From a bacterium (GTDB lineage Bacteria; Electryoneota; Electryoneia; Electryoneales; Electryoneaceae): a DNA stretch of 64,000 bases. The stretch's first letter is position 1. Every line of letters begins with the position of its first letter. The stretch covers positions 4,000,001 to 4,064,000 of the forward strand of contig OY769902.1 of NCBI GenBank assembly GCA_963669175.1, written 5' to 3'. The position numbers and the translations under genes are program-made. The notes beneath the pieces are model-generated. The model had not been told where the DNA came from. It worked only from the letters and a program-made list of their open reading frames with translations, and made no database searches. Positions 9,979 to 19,485 of this stretch are shown here, one piece after another.

Positions 9979-11361
9979 GGACAAAAGGAACGAAGTGGTG
10001 ATAATCATGTATACGGCCAGACCGATCACATCATTGGTCATGGTAATGAATGGACCGGAAGCGTGAGCCGGATCCTGTTTCATGCTCTTCAGAAGGAATG
10101 GAGTCGTCGCGCCTGTCACAGCAGCAATCAGGATCACAGCCACCAGGGCGCTGCTTACAACCAGCGCGACATGCAGATCGCCACGCCACAGGTAGATCAC
10201 GCCGGTGAATATGGCTGCAATGACAGTACCGTTTATCAACCCGATAGCCACTTCCTGTAACACTTTTCGGAAGGTATTATGCGGGTGAATCTCGCCGGTA
10301 CCCAATCCACGCACTACGATGGTCGAAGACTGGATTCCCACATTCCCAGCAACAGCGATGACAACGGGAATGAAGAAGGCGATAATCAGAAGTTGTGAAA
10401 GCGCAACTTCATACTGCGCCAGCACCAGCGCGCTGAGAAGTTCACCGAGGAAGGCGACAATCAGCCAGGGAAGACGTGCGCGGGTAGCGACCAGAATGTT
10501 CCGTTCAAACGGCTCCTCTTCCGTACCGGTCAGACGGCTGATATCCTCGTCCGCTTCATCTTCTATAACATCCAGGATATCGTCAATGGTAATACGCCCG
10601 ATCAGACGGTTATCGCTGTCTACTACCGGGGCGCTGATAAGGTCGTAGCGCTTAAACTTCTGGGCTACCTCTTCCTGGTCTTCTTCGGTATGGATTACAA
10701 CCATATCCGGGTCCATGATCTCGGTGACCACCTGCCTGCGTGGCGCAAGCATCATCTCGAGAATGGAAATTCGACCTACAAGTTTGCTCTGCTTATCCAC
10801 GACATAGACATAGTGGATTTCTTCCACATGTTCACGTTCGCGCGCTTCACGAACTGCTTCGACTGCATCAATGACACAGGCAGAGTCGCTGACCGTCACC
10901 AACTCAACCGCCATCAAGCCACCGGCGGTTTCCTCGTCATACCCGAGCAGGCGTTCTACTTCTTCACGATCTTCGGCGTCGGTTGCCGCGAGAACACGTA
11001 GGCGAAGAGGCTCATCCAGCAAGGCGGCGATGTCAGCAGCGTCATCCGAATCCAGCTCACCGAGAATATTCCCGATACGCTCTTCCGTCATGCGCTCCAG
11101 GACATCTTCCTGGTCAGATTCTTCCAGTTCGGCGAGTACTTCGTGCTGTAAATCGGGGAACACGAGATCGAAGATGAGATTACGTTCGAACGCACCAAAC
11201 CCGCCCATCAACCCGGCTACTTCCGCGGGATGAAGTCCTTCTACCAGAGCACGGGTTTCGTCGAATTTCTGTTCGTCAAGTAAGGTCTGGATGACTTTAA
11301 ACAGATCTTCGAGTTTTGGCCGTTCGACTGGATTGGTCTGGTTTTCGATCTCCTCGGGCAT
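9976..11361 (-). CDS. mgtE: Magnesium transporter MgtE
   Basis: MgtE_N region, TAGGLM, CBS pair, RLPWL, GNVGIQS, DPAHASGPFITMTND. Confidence 0.95.
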   Translation of the reverse strand: MPEEIENQTNPVERPKLEDLFKVIQTLLDEQKFDETRALVEGLHPAEVAGLMGGFGAFERNLIFDLVFPDLQHEVLAELEESDQEDVLERMTEERIGNILGELDSDDAADIAALLDEPLRLRVLAATDAEDREEVERLLGYDEETAGGLMAVELVTVSDSACVIDAVEAVREAREREHVEEIHYVYVVDKQSKLVGRISILEMMLAPRRQVVTEIMDPDMVVIHTEEDQEEVAQKFKRYDLISAPVVDSDNRLIGRITIDDILDVIEDEADEDISRLTGTEEEPFERNILVATRARLPWLIVAFLGELLSALVLAQYEVALSQLLIIAFFIPVVIAVAGNVGIQSSTIVVRGLGTGEIHPHNTFRKVLQEVAIGLINGTVIAAIFTGVIYLWRGDLHVALVVSSALVAVILIAAVTGATTPFLLKSMKQDPAHASGPFITMTNDVIGLAVYMIITTSFLLS

Positions 11362-11522
11362 TACACGCTCAATGGTTGCACCGCTCTATTCACACGATCT
11401 ACAGGAAAAACAAAGATGAACAGGATTTTCTACAAGTACTCACAGGATGATAGGGTGAAAGGATGATAAGGATAATGAATACTTTGTGTATAGCTGTTCG
11501 CGATGTTATTCTGCTATAAAAC

Positions 11523-11655
11523 TGCCGGGAAAAGGGGACGGGATCCTTTTCCTCACGCTAACATTGAATCCTCTTGCTGAATCTTTAGAAAAGGAAACTG
11601 TCCCCTTTTGCTTGTAATTCCTGCCTGCGCGCAAGAAAAAGGGTACATCCACCAT
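11523..11655. repeat. Dispersed ~130-bp REP-like element (AAAAGGGGAC.../...CTGTCCCCTTT family)
   Basis: Colinear and highly similar to 49646-49778 (TGCCGGGAAAAGGGGACGGGATCCTTTTCCTC...GAAAAGGAAACTGTCCCCTTT...GTAATTCCTGCCTGC...CAAGAAAAAGGGTACA). Confidence 0.85.
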
Positions 11656-11663
11656 CCAACTTT

Positions 11664-12695
11664 TCAACCTTCGAACTTTCTAACTTTTTGCGGTATCAGT
11701 TGCGCAGCCAGCCAGGCGTATTCTTCAGCGCTTATAGTTTGCGGACGTCGTGACCAGTCGAAATCGATCTGTTCCCACGGTCCGATTCCTGAAATCCCGG
11801 ACATACTGTTTCGCAGCATTTTCCGTCGTTTGCTGAATGTGCCTTTAACCAACCGCTTAAAGGTCTGCCAGTGTGGAACCGGATAGCGTGGCTCACCGCC
11901 TATCGGCAACATCAAGACACCTGCATCCACTTTGGGCGGTGGCTGAAATGCTGTCCTTGGCACTTCCAGGATAAGCTCCGGTTCCCCCCACAACCTGGTG
12001 AACACCGCCAGGATACCGTATTCACTATCACCAGGTTCTGCAATGATTTTATGCACCACTTCCAATTGCATCAGGAGCACGATCCCCTTGAGTACTCCAG
12101 GACGCTCCAACGCCATATCCATTGCATGAAACATAAGGTTTGACGTGATATGGTACGGAAGATTCCCAGCCAAAATGAAAGGTTTTTCCTCCATGAGGTC
12201 AGCCCAATCCACCTGCAGGATATCCTCATGGAAAACTTTGAACCGGGAATGATCCGGCCAGTGCTCTCCGAGCACCTCAATCATGCGCTGGTCAATTTCT
12301 ACCGCGGTAACGGACGCTCCCTTTTCCAGCAATGCTTCTGTCAAAGCGCCTGCTCCGGGACCGACTTCAAGCACACGGTTCGTACCCAGCGCCATAACCG
12401 CAGAAGCAATCTGGCTGCATGCATATGGATCTTCCAGCCAGTTCTGCCCCAGCGACTTTTTGTTGGGTGGCAAACCACCATGTTTTCTAGCGTAACCTAT
12501 TGGTCTGGCTAATCTTGAAGCTGAGTCATCCTGTACCTGAGAAGATGATGATAACGCTGCCAATCTTTCTTCAATCTCCTCGGCAGAAAGCGGCTCAGCA
12601 TTATCCGCCTGGAATCCGTTTTGGTCTCCAGGTTGAACCTCCGGTACTGAGAAAGTCTTTCCCGGCTTTTTATTTGGCTTGTTTCGTTTTGACAT
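11664..12695 (-). CDS. rsmA: 16S rRNA m6,2A dimethyltransferase RsmA/KsgA with N-terminal extension
   Basis: KSLGQNWL, LEVGPGAGALT, AVEID, GNLPYHIT, FQPPPKVD, FSKRRKMLRN. Confidence 0.95.
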   Translation of the reverse strand: MSKRNKPNKKPGKTFSVPEVQPGDQNGFQADNAEPLSAEEIEERLAALSSSSQVQDDSASRLARPIGYARKHGGLPPNKKSLGQNWLEDPYACSQIASAVMALGTNRVLEVGPGAGALTEALLEKGASVTAVEIDQRMIEVLGEHWPDHSRFKVFHEDILQVDWADLMEEKPFILAGNLPYHITSNLMFHAMDMALERPGVLKGIVLLMQLEVVHKIIAEPGDSEYGILAVFTRLWGEPELILEVPRTAFQPPPKVDAGVLMLPIGGEPRYPVPHWQTFKRLVKGTFSKRRKMLRNSMSGISGIGPWEQIDFDWSRRPQTISAEEYAWLAAQLIPQKVRKFEG

Positions 12696-12780
12696 GGGTC
12701 AAAGATACCCGTACCATTTTCCTGTAGCAAGCCATCCGTCCTTTGATGCCACAATTGGTGAGGCTTTTTGATAATATGAC

Positions 12781-12809
12781 TTGACTTTGCATTATCAGCC
12801 CGTTATAAT
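12781..12809 (+). promoter_or_regulatory. Sigma70-type promoter of rho
   Basis: TTGACT-N17-TATAAT. Confidence 0.7.
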
Positions 12810-13083
12810 CCGATATCCAGCCTTTCGAGGCCCACAGCGATAATTTTCTTTTACCAGCAGAACCCCAGTTCCGGATTCCGGCAGACTTTGGTGAAAAGGT
12901 ACGGTTCGTACCAGGATCGTTTGGGTAAACCAGGCTGGATAGCGATAAAAATACCCGCTCAAAAGTGGTTCAGAAAACTCCTGACGAAAAAAAAAGCATA
13001 GCTGCTTAAAAGGATATCCCTCAGGATAACGAAACAAAAATCCATTTGATACATGTTACAACCTCACGAAGGAAGTCCCCCCC

Positions 13084-14358
13084 ATGGAACTAGCCGAACT
13101 CAACACTCTGAAGATAGCCGAGCTGAATAAGCTGGCCAAAGATCTCCAGGTGGAAGGTTACAGCGGTTTTCCCCGCAAAGAACTCGTTTTCAAGATTCTT
13201 GAAAAACAGGCTCAGAAGGAAGGGTTGATATTTGGCAACGGCGTTCTGGAAATCCTGCCGGATGGTTACGGTTTCCTGCGCAGCCAGGCATCGAACTACC
13301 TGCCAGGCCCGGATGATATCTATGTTTCCCCTTCCCAGATCAAACGATTCGGGTTGCGAAAGGGACATATTGTCGCTGGCCAAATTCGTCCGCCAAAAGA
13401 AAATGAGCGCTTCTTTGCCCTTTTGAAGGTCGAAGCTGTCAATTTCGAAGCGCCGGAACGTGTTCGCGATAGCATCTTATTTGAGAACCTTACTCCGCTG
13501 CATCCGGATGAACGCATCAACCTGGAATACAATCCCACTGATCGTTCAACACGGATTATGGACCTGTTTGACCCGATCGGTAAAGGCCAGCGTGGTCTGA
13601 TCGTAGCCCCACCCCGCACCGGTAAGACTGTGCTGCTTCAGAAGCTTGCACACGCGATTGAGAAGAACCATCCTGAGATCATGCTGATCGTCCTGCTCAT
13701 CGACGAACGTCCTGAAGAAGTCACCGACTTCCAGCGTACGGTCAAGAGCGAAGTGGTCAGCTCGACCTTTGATGAACGTCCCGAACGTCATATTCAGGTC
13801 GCCGGCATGGTGATCGAAAAGGCCAAGCGGCTGGTGGAATACGGCAAGGATGTGGTTATTCTGCTTGACTCGATTACACGTCTGGCGCGTGCCCACAACA
13901 GCGTGGCCCCGCACTCCGGACGTATCCTGTCCGGTGGTGTTGACGCTACAGCGTTGTATGAACCGAAAAAATTCTTCGGTGCGGCTCGTAATATCGAGCA
14001 TGGCGGCAGCCTGACCATCATGGCAACCGCCCTGGTCGAAACCGGCAGCCGTATGGATGAAGTCATCTTTGAAGAGTTCAAGGGCACCGGCAACATGGAG
14101 CTGGTACTCGACCGTCGTCTCGCGGAAGCACGCATCTTCCCGGCTATCGACATCAACAAGTCCGGTACCCGTAAAGAAGAACGCATCCTCGACGAACATG
14201 TACTCAACCGTGTCTGGATCCTGCGTAACATGCTTAGTGATTACAGCTCGATGGAAACCATGAAGTTCATCCTCGACAAGATTCGCAAGTCCGAAACCAA
14301 CGAGGAATTTCTGGGCAGCATGTCTAAAGCAGGCAACGACAGCAGGCGGAGTTACTAG
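13084..14358 (+). CDS. rho: Transcription termination factor Rho
   Basis: [63 protein letters not shown]. Confidence 0.98.
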   Translation: MELAELNTLKIAELNKLAKDLQVEGYSGFPRKELVFKILEKQAQKEGLIFGNGVLEILPDGYGFLRSQASNYLPGPDDIYVSPSQIKRFGLRKGHIVAGQIRPPKENERFFALLKVEAVNFEAPERVRDSILFENLTPLHPDERINLEYNPTDRSTRIMDLFDPIGKGQRGLIVAPPRTGKTVLLQKLAHAIEKNHPEIMLIVLLIDERPEEVTDFQRTVKSEVVSSTFDERPERHIQVAGMVIEKAKRLVEYGKDVVILLDSITRLARAHNSVAPHSGRILSGGVDATALYEPKKFFGAARNIEHGGSLTIMATALVETGSRMDEVIFEEFKGTGNMELVLDRRLAEARIFPAIDINKSGTRKEERILDEHVLNRVWILRNMLSDYSSMETMKFILDKIRKSETNEEFLGSMSKAGNDSRRSY

Positions 14359-14388
14359 CCCAGCAATAGCAGACATACGTGATTTTTC

Positions 14389-14422
14389 AACGCGGATCTG
14401 TTCAGGTCCGCGTTTTTGTTTT
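14389..14422 (+). terminator. Rho-independent terminator after rho
   Basis: AACGCGGATCTG-TT-CAGGTCCGCGTT followed by a T-rich tract. Confidence 0.8.
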
Positions 14423-14491
14423 GGTTAAAGTTTTAACACGTTGTATATTCACAGACCTGCGACTGGCATTCGGAGCTTGGAGGAACACGTG

Positions 14492-14998
14492 ATGGAGCCA
14501 AGGAAGTACTATACACATCCCAAACCACTCCGTGTAATGGGAAGGTCTATTGTAATCATTATGTTCATTGTCCTGTTGTTCATGTTGCTGGATCAGTTTA
14601 TGTCGCGGGATGGACATTCTGCATCCTCATCCCTTCTCATTTTCCTGATATTTATCCCGAGTAACCTGGTCTTTTTCCTGGCTGCACCGGTAGCGTGGGA
14701 CGGATCGCAATGGATATTCCGCAATACGAAAGAGAAGGATAGTGTCGGCTGGCGTGTGAAAACCTTGAAGCTTGTTCCCGAACAAATAATACAGATAGAA
14801 CTGGAAAAATTCTCCACCCAGGATAAAAAGATCAACAGAGTGCTGATTTATTACGTGGAAAATGGCCTTGAGCAATGCCGGTTTTCCGGCAGAATGGTGA
14901 GCTGCAATGACGTTCTTCACGACCTGAACACCTGGTTCCCGGAGAAACTTGGCCCTGAAGCCAGGGCATGGCTGGCAACCCATCCGGAAGAGATATAA
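14492..14998 (+). CDS. Hypothetical membrane protein with two N-terminal TM helices
   Basis: GGAGG RBS before GTG ATG; two hydrophobic segments. Confidence 0.6.
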   Translation: MEPRKYYTHPKPLRVMGRSIVIIMFIVLLFMLLDQFMSRDGHSASSSLLIFLIFIPSNLVFFLAAPVAWDGSQWIFRNTKEKDSVGWRVKTLKLVPEQIIQIELEKFSTQDKKINRVLIYYVENGLEQCRFSGRMVSCNDVLHDLNTWFPEKLGPEARAWLATHPEEI

Positions 14999-15028
14999 GA
15001 CGCGAGCAACCTTCGCAAGGTTCATTCC

Positions 15029-15615
15029 GGGTGGCCCGATTTTGCCCTGCGATCAACTTGATATCAATGTTGTTCTTGATGGTAGACAGGGCTTTCACTC
15101 GCACAAAAAGTCGTTGGCAAAGTCGGGATGGTGAAAAAACTTGGTTCCTCACAAGAATTTGTGCATCCGGGCAATGTTGTGGCTGGTCTTGACGCGACTT
15201 TCCGTTTTCAGCTTTCGCTATGTTTTCCTGGATGCACGATGATACTGAAACCACAACGCGTCCTGTTATTGTCGCGTTGTGACCTGCCACCGGTATCTGC
15301 ACTCTCGAGGTTACAACGTGATGCCTGATGACCATCTATCATGCGAAATAGCAGATGTGAAGTCGGACAGGTGTTTAAAATTGCGGAGAAGAATAAGAAA
15401 AAGGCATCACATCAAGACCTGACGAAACGTGCTCTTCGAAAGTATGCACAAATTCTTGTGAGCAGCCAAAAACTTGAAAATTCAACATGGTCGTGCATCC
15501 TGAACCTTTGCGCAATCCCGACTTGCCCCCAGGAACTCACTGTATCAAACATCCCTTGCATTCCATAGAAACTTGCAAAGAATTCAGCATCACGACCTGG
15601 CAAATCGGGCCACCC
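15029..15615. other. Multi-helix inverted-repeat element without a credible CDS (candidate large structured ncRNA or REP mosaic/MITE)
   Basis: At least seven complementary segment pairs of 8-19 bp, including 15029-46/15599-615 and a perfect 19-bp pair 15148-66/15444-62. Confidence 0.6.
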
Positions 15616-15654
15616 AGCATGGATTTTCACCTCTGCATAGCCTATAACAAGCAA

Positions 15655-15690
15655 CGCCCCCATGCGCTTCCATGAGGGCGGTTTGTTTTT
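15655..15690. terminator. Possibly bidirectional terminator hairpin
   Basis: CGCCCCCATG-N6-CATGAGGGCG; T-rich tail on plus, TTGCTTGTT on minus. Confidence 0.55.
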
Positions 15691-15896
15691 CCTCGACTGC
15701 CGCCTGGGCGCAATCCCAGGGTTCCTTTGGCGCGGCTTGACAGGAGATCAGATCCTGGGCCCCCTGTTTCAGCCCAACAGCCGGTCCGTTTAACGGGCAT
15801 CATGCTTAATATCCGCAAGCCTGATCAGGATAACGTAAGCAACATGTTACGGCTCGCTTACAGGAGGCATGCCCACGAATCAAAGGATGATGCCCT

Positions 15897-16055
15897 TCAT
15901 TTGCCCGGAGGGGGCCTCGAAAAAGATGACGCCCTCAAGGGTTCGTTTTCAAAACATGCACCACTGAATCGATGATGGTCCAAAGCGCATACCTGGTAAT
16001 GCTTCAATGAATCGTTGTCAACCAGTGAGTGATGCAGCAGTTTTTTCGCAACCAT
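15897..16055 (-). CDS. Small ORF (52 aa) ending ...RASSFSRPPPGK
   Basis: Below the ORF-track size cutoff; GAGGAGGT RBS just upstream of ATG 16055. Confidence 0.45.
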   Translation of the reverse strand: MVAKKLLHHSLVDNDSLKHYQVCALDHHRFSGACFENEPLRASSFSRPPPGK

Positions 16056-16340
16056 GAGTACCTCCTCTGTTGGTCCCCAGGGTAACTTTTACTGACGGTT
16101 GTTCCGTCTGAATATGCTACGACCCTATGCGAGATTTGTTCCCGCAAACAATTCCGGTTTTCAGCTTTCTCCTGCCCCCAGCAACGCGCCTATCCTATTT
16201 AATAACAACATTATAAATTCAATCAGCGTTAGTTAGCGCTATTCGTTACATGCCACAAGTGACCTTTCTAACTGCAAATATTTCTAAAGATTACGCAATA
16301 GAACATCCTACCTGTCCAGATGTCTCAGAGAGGTGACTCT

Positions 16341-16380
16341 ATTTATTGATATTCGATAAATAATTATTGATTTTCTATAA
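16341..16380 (+). promoter_or_regulatory. Tandem palindromic operators, probably for the downstream XRE repressor
   Basis: TTATTG-N5-CGATAA (16343-59) and TTATTG-N5-CTATAA (16364-80) directly before the RBS. Confidence 0.6.
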
Positions 16381-16399
16381 GGTCAAACAGGAGACAGTC

Positions 16400-17095
16400 A
16401 TGACTGATCAAGACAACACCGCCACTCAGCCACATGCTTCGGCTTCGAACAGTTTCAAGCCCACACGCGCTGTCCGTGCATTTAGTATTCTGGTAACCAT
16501 ATGCTATTGGCTCAGTTATGTTGCAGGCGGATTATTACTGATCATTTTCCTGGCCTATTCAGCCGGGTTTGTGCCTTCACATATGCAGATCAAGTTGCCG
16601 GTGGCCTTCGGCTGGGAACAGGTTGTTTCTAGCGCTGATAGTGCAAGTCCGGATAAAACATACACCTGTGAATTTGAAGGAAAAGTCAGCACACCTGCAG
16701 AATATGCCAGTCATTTTATCAACATGCTGCGAATGTTTTTTGGCTTGATCCTCGTGACAGCCATGATATATGGCCTGTATCAATTACGCTTGATCATGAA
16801 GACATTACGTGCGGGCGAACCATTCGACGAGGCAAACCCCAAACGAATCCGAACGATTGGCTGGATCATTCTGTTTTGGGAGCCGGTGGTTTTTCTATCT
16901 GACGTGGTAACCGCGCCATATTATTGGAGTCCGTTGAAAGCCAGTTTGCAACAGGCTTTTGGCGATGCGATCCATTTCCAGCATGACTATAACATGAAGA
17001 TGGGCCTGGTCCTGGTCGGGCTGATTGTTCTGGTACTGTCAAAGGTGTTTGCTGAGGGTGTGCGCCTCCGTATTGAACAGGATTACACGGTATAG
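16400..17095 (+). CDS. DUF2975-family membrane protein
   Basis: GEPFDEANPKRIRTIGW and C-terminal VFAEGVRLRIEQDYTV; AGGAG RBS. Confidence 0.85.
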   Translation: MTDQDNTATQPHASASNSFKPTRAVRAFSILVTICYWLSYVAGGLLLIIFLAYSAGFVPSHMQIKLPVAFGWEQVVSSADSASPDKTYTCEFEGKVSTPAEYASHFINMLRMFFGLILVTAMIYGLYQLRLIMKTLRAGEPFDEANPKRIRTIGWIILFWEPVVFLSDVVTAPYYWSPLKASLQQAFGDAIHFQHDYNMKMGLVLVGLIVLVLSKVFAEGVRLRIEQDYTV

Positions 17096-17104
17096 GAGGC
17101 GGCA

Positions 17105-17314
17105 ATGGCAATCATTGTAAACCTGGATATCGTGCTGGCAAAGCGGAAGATGTCCCTGACCGAGCTGTCGGAAAAGGTTGGCCTTACGCTTGCCAACCTG
17201 TCAATTCTGAAGCAGAACCATGCCCGCGCAATTCGCTTTACGACGCTGAATGATTTATGCCATACACTTGACTGCCAACCGGGCGATTTGCTGGAATATG
17301 TACCGGATGAGTAA
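17105..17314 (+). CDS. XRE/Cro-like HTH regulator (YozG-like)
   Basis: IIVNLD..LAKRKMSLTELSEKVGLTLANLSILK..ARAIRFTTL..LC..LDCQPGDLLEY. Confidence 0.92.
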   Translation: MAIIVNLDIVLAKRKMSLTELSEKVGLTLANLSILKQNHARAIRFTTLNDLCHTLDCQPGDLLEYVPDE

Positions 17315-17400
17315 CTCCCGGTTACACTTGTCAACACTGGTAATAGTCCCTTTTTTATAATCCTCATGCTATCTTGCTATCATTATAACGGAGACTGATC

Positions 17401-19344
17401 ATGGAAGAGGGCGCGTTCCTGATAGATTTACTGCTTCTGTTCGGTACAGCACTTGGCGCTTTGCTGATTATGCGGCTGGTCCGTGGTCCGGTGATTATCG
17501 GCTACCTGATAGCGGGTGCGATTGCCGGTCCAATCCTCGGACATGGTGAGCATATTCATACGCTTGCTGAACTGGGCGTAACTCTTCTCCTCTTCTCCAT
17601 CGGCCTTGAAGTGTCGCCTTCCAAGCTCTGGGCGCTTCGACGCGAGGCTTTGATCGGCGGAACATTTCAGGTACTGCTGACAACCGGAATCGTCTTCGGG
17701 GTTGCGTCCGGTTTCGGTGTACCGCTTCCTGCCGCGCTGGTCCTGGGAATGGCGTTTTCGCTTTCCAGTACTGCCCTGATCCTGCGTCTACTGGCCCAGA
17801 AAGGGTTGATGGACACTCCTTACGGCCGTATCAGTCTGGCCGTCCTGTTGTTGCAGGATATGGTCGTTATCCCCATGACCATCCTGATTCCACTTCTGGC
17901 GGGTGTAGAATCGAACTCGCATGATTCCGGCTGGATGTTCCTGCTGAAAGCTGTGGCGGTATTCGGCGGTGTCATTTTGTTGTCACGCAAGCTGGTGCCC
18001 TGGCTACTGGACAAGCTTGCCACCAGCGGTACACGTGAAGGTTTCCTGCTGGGCGTGTCCGGTATCGTATTCGGGACGGCCTGGCTGACAACCAGCATCG
18101 GCCTTTCCCCCGCTTTGGGAGCTTTCCTCGCGGGATTGCTGATCAGTGAATCGGAACATCGTGTCAATGCGCTTGCGGAAGTCGCTCCGTTTCGTGACCT
18201 GTTTCTGGCGGTGTTCTTCGTTTCCGTGGGTATGTATATAGATCCCAGGGTGTTGTTCGCTTCCCCTGTCATTCCCCTCGCAATCGCTGCCGGGATTTAC
18301 CTTTTAAAATCCGGAATAGTATTTGGATTGGTACGCCTGCTGCGTTACCCGGTCTTGCCGGCAGTACGTTCCGGTGCGTACCTGGGACAGGTCGGTGAGT
18401 TTTCCTTTGTACTGCTATTGTTGGGTACAAGTCTCGGGGTATTGTCAGATATGCAGATGCAGACAGCAGTATCATCCGTTGCGCTGACCCTGCTGTTTAC
18501 GCCATTGGCGGTATCCGGCGCTGAAGCTTGGGCGAAAAAACGAGAGAAGGAAACCGGATCGAAAAAATCTGAACATGCTCCCGGCGGTGAAACGGTATTA
18601 ATCATAGGCTTTGGTCACGGCGGCCGTGCAGTTGCGACTTCACTCAAAGCAGCCGGAATTCCTTATAAGATTGCCGAGATGAATCCCGAGACGGTGAAGA
18701 ACTGGAAGCAGAAAGGCGAACCGATATTGCGTGGCGATGCGGCAACTCATGAGATGCTGGAGGCGTTGGATGCCCATCATGCCGGGACGGCGGTTATCGC
18801 CATCAACGATCCCCAATCCTTACGTGCAGTCGTCATCCGCTTGCGACAGGAAGTGCCTGGTATTTTCATCATTGTCCGCACACGTTACGCCACTGAGATG
18901 ACCGAACTGTACGATCTTGGCGCGAATGAAGTCGTTTCTGAGGAATTCGAAGCGTCGCTGCATATCGTATCGCTGGTTCTGCATCATCTCGGAGTGCCTA
19001 ACGACGTGGTTCTGCGGCATATGGATGAATTGCGTGGAAGCTGCTATCGTCAACTCCGTTCCCCCTCCCTGCAAATGGGTGCGATACGGTCCCTGAAAGG
19101 GTTGGAAGTTCGGCCATTTACCGTAGAGGATACGGACAGAATTGCGGGAAGAACCATACTCGAAATGGCAGTCAGAACGAATACTCAGGCTACAATAGCG
19201 GCGATTATCCGTGACAGCGAACTCTTGCAGGATGTGGCTAATACACGAATACAGCCACAGGATACCCTGATCCTACTTGGACCGCCGCTGGTATTGGATC
19301 AGGCGGTAACCTATCTGGAAAAAGAAAACCTTTCGTTCTCCTGA
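17401..19344 (+). CDS. CPA2-family cation:proton antiporter (KefC-like) with TrkA-N and TrkA-C domains
   Basis: LAELGV.LLLF.IGLE, SLSSTA, LLLQD, LGAFLAG, QVGEFSFV, IIGFGHGG. Confidence 0.9.
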   Translation: MEEGAFLIDLLLLFGTALGALLIMRLVRGPVIIGYLIAGAIAGPILGHGEHIHTLAELGVTLLLFSIGLEVSPSKLWALRREALIGGTFQVLLTTGIVFGVASGFGVPLPAALVLGMAFSLSSTALILRLLAQKGLMDTPYGRISLAVLLLQDMVVIPMTILIPLLAGVESNSHDSGWMFLLKAVAVFGGVILLSRKLVPWLLDKLATSGTREGFLLGVSGIVFGTAWLTTSIGLSPALGAFLAGLLISESEHRVNALAEVAPFRDLFLAVFFVSVGMYIDPRVLFASPVIPLAIAAGIYLLKSGIVFGLVRLLRYPVLPAVRSGAYLGQVGEFSFVLLLLGTSLGVLSDMQMQTAVSSVALTLLFTPLAVSGAEAWAKKREKETGSKKSEHAPGGETVLIIGFGHGGRAVATSLKAAGIPYKIAEMNPETVKNWKQKGEPILRGDAATHEMLEALDAHHAGTAVIAINDPQSLRAVVIRLRQEVPGIFIIVRTRYATEMTELYDLGANEVVSEEFEASLHIVSLVLHHLGVPNDVVLRHMDELRGSCYRQLRSPSLQMGAIRSLKGLEVRPFTVEDTDRIAGRTILEMAVRTNTQATIAAIIRDSELLQDVANTRIQPQDTLILLGPPLVLDQAVTYLEKENLSFS

Positions 19345-19384
19345 AAAATGACAATCTCAGTTGGGGGAGTCCAGAAAAATAACA

Positions 19385-19412
19385 GCCCGGGTGCAAGCAC
19401 ACCGGGCCACGC
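19385..19412 (-). repeat. Short GTGG-CCCG...CGGG REP-like hairpin between convergent genes
   Basis: Minus strand GCGTGGCCCGGTGTGCTTGCACCCGGGC resembles GCGTGGCCCGACTGCTTGCTGTCGGG in the 28.4-kb array. Confidence 0.55.
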
Positions 19413-19485
19413 AAAAACAAATCAATTTTCGTGTTTCAGCAATCGGTCCTTTTAAATCAACCTTCTTTGCCGAACTCTCTGTACA

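Noticed and set aside
13546-14376. Long antisense ORFs (also 23956-24708, 26452-27120, 57881-58486)
   Set aside because: Shadow frames of well-conserved genes produced by codon bias.
14832-15335. 167-aa minus-strand ORF across the structured element
   Set aside because: No RBS or recognisable motifs, and it overlaps the convergent membrane-protein gene by ~165 bp.
15325-15445. Two hammerhead-like CTGANGA...GAAA motifs (15325-48, 15419-41)
   Set aside because: Stem II lacks a closing pair, and I could not build stems I and III around a UH cleavage site.
15000-16100. tmRNA, RNase P, SRP, 6S or group II intron
   Set aside because: Diagnostic motifs (tRNA-like ends, GAGGAAAGTCC, SRP loop, domain V) were not found by eye; an Rfam search is still needed.
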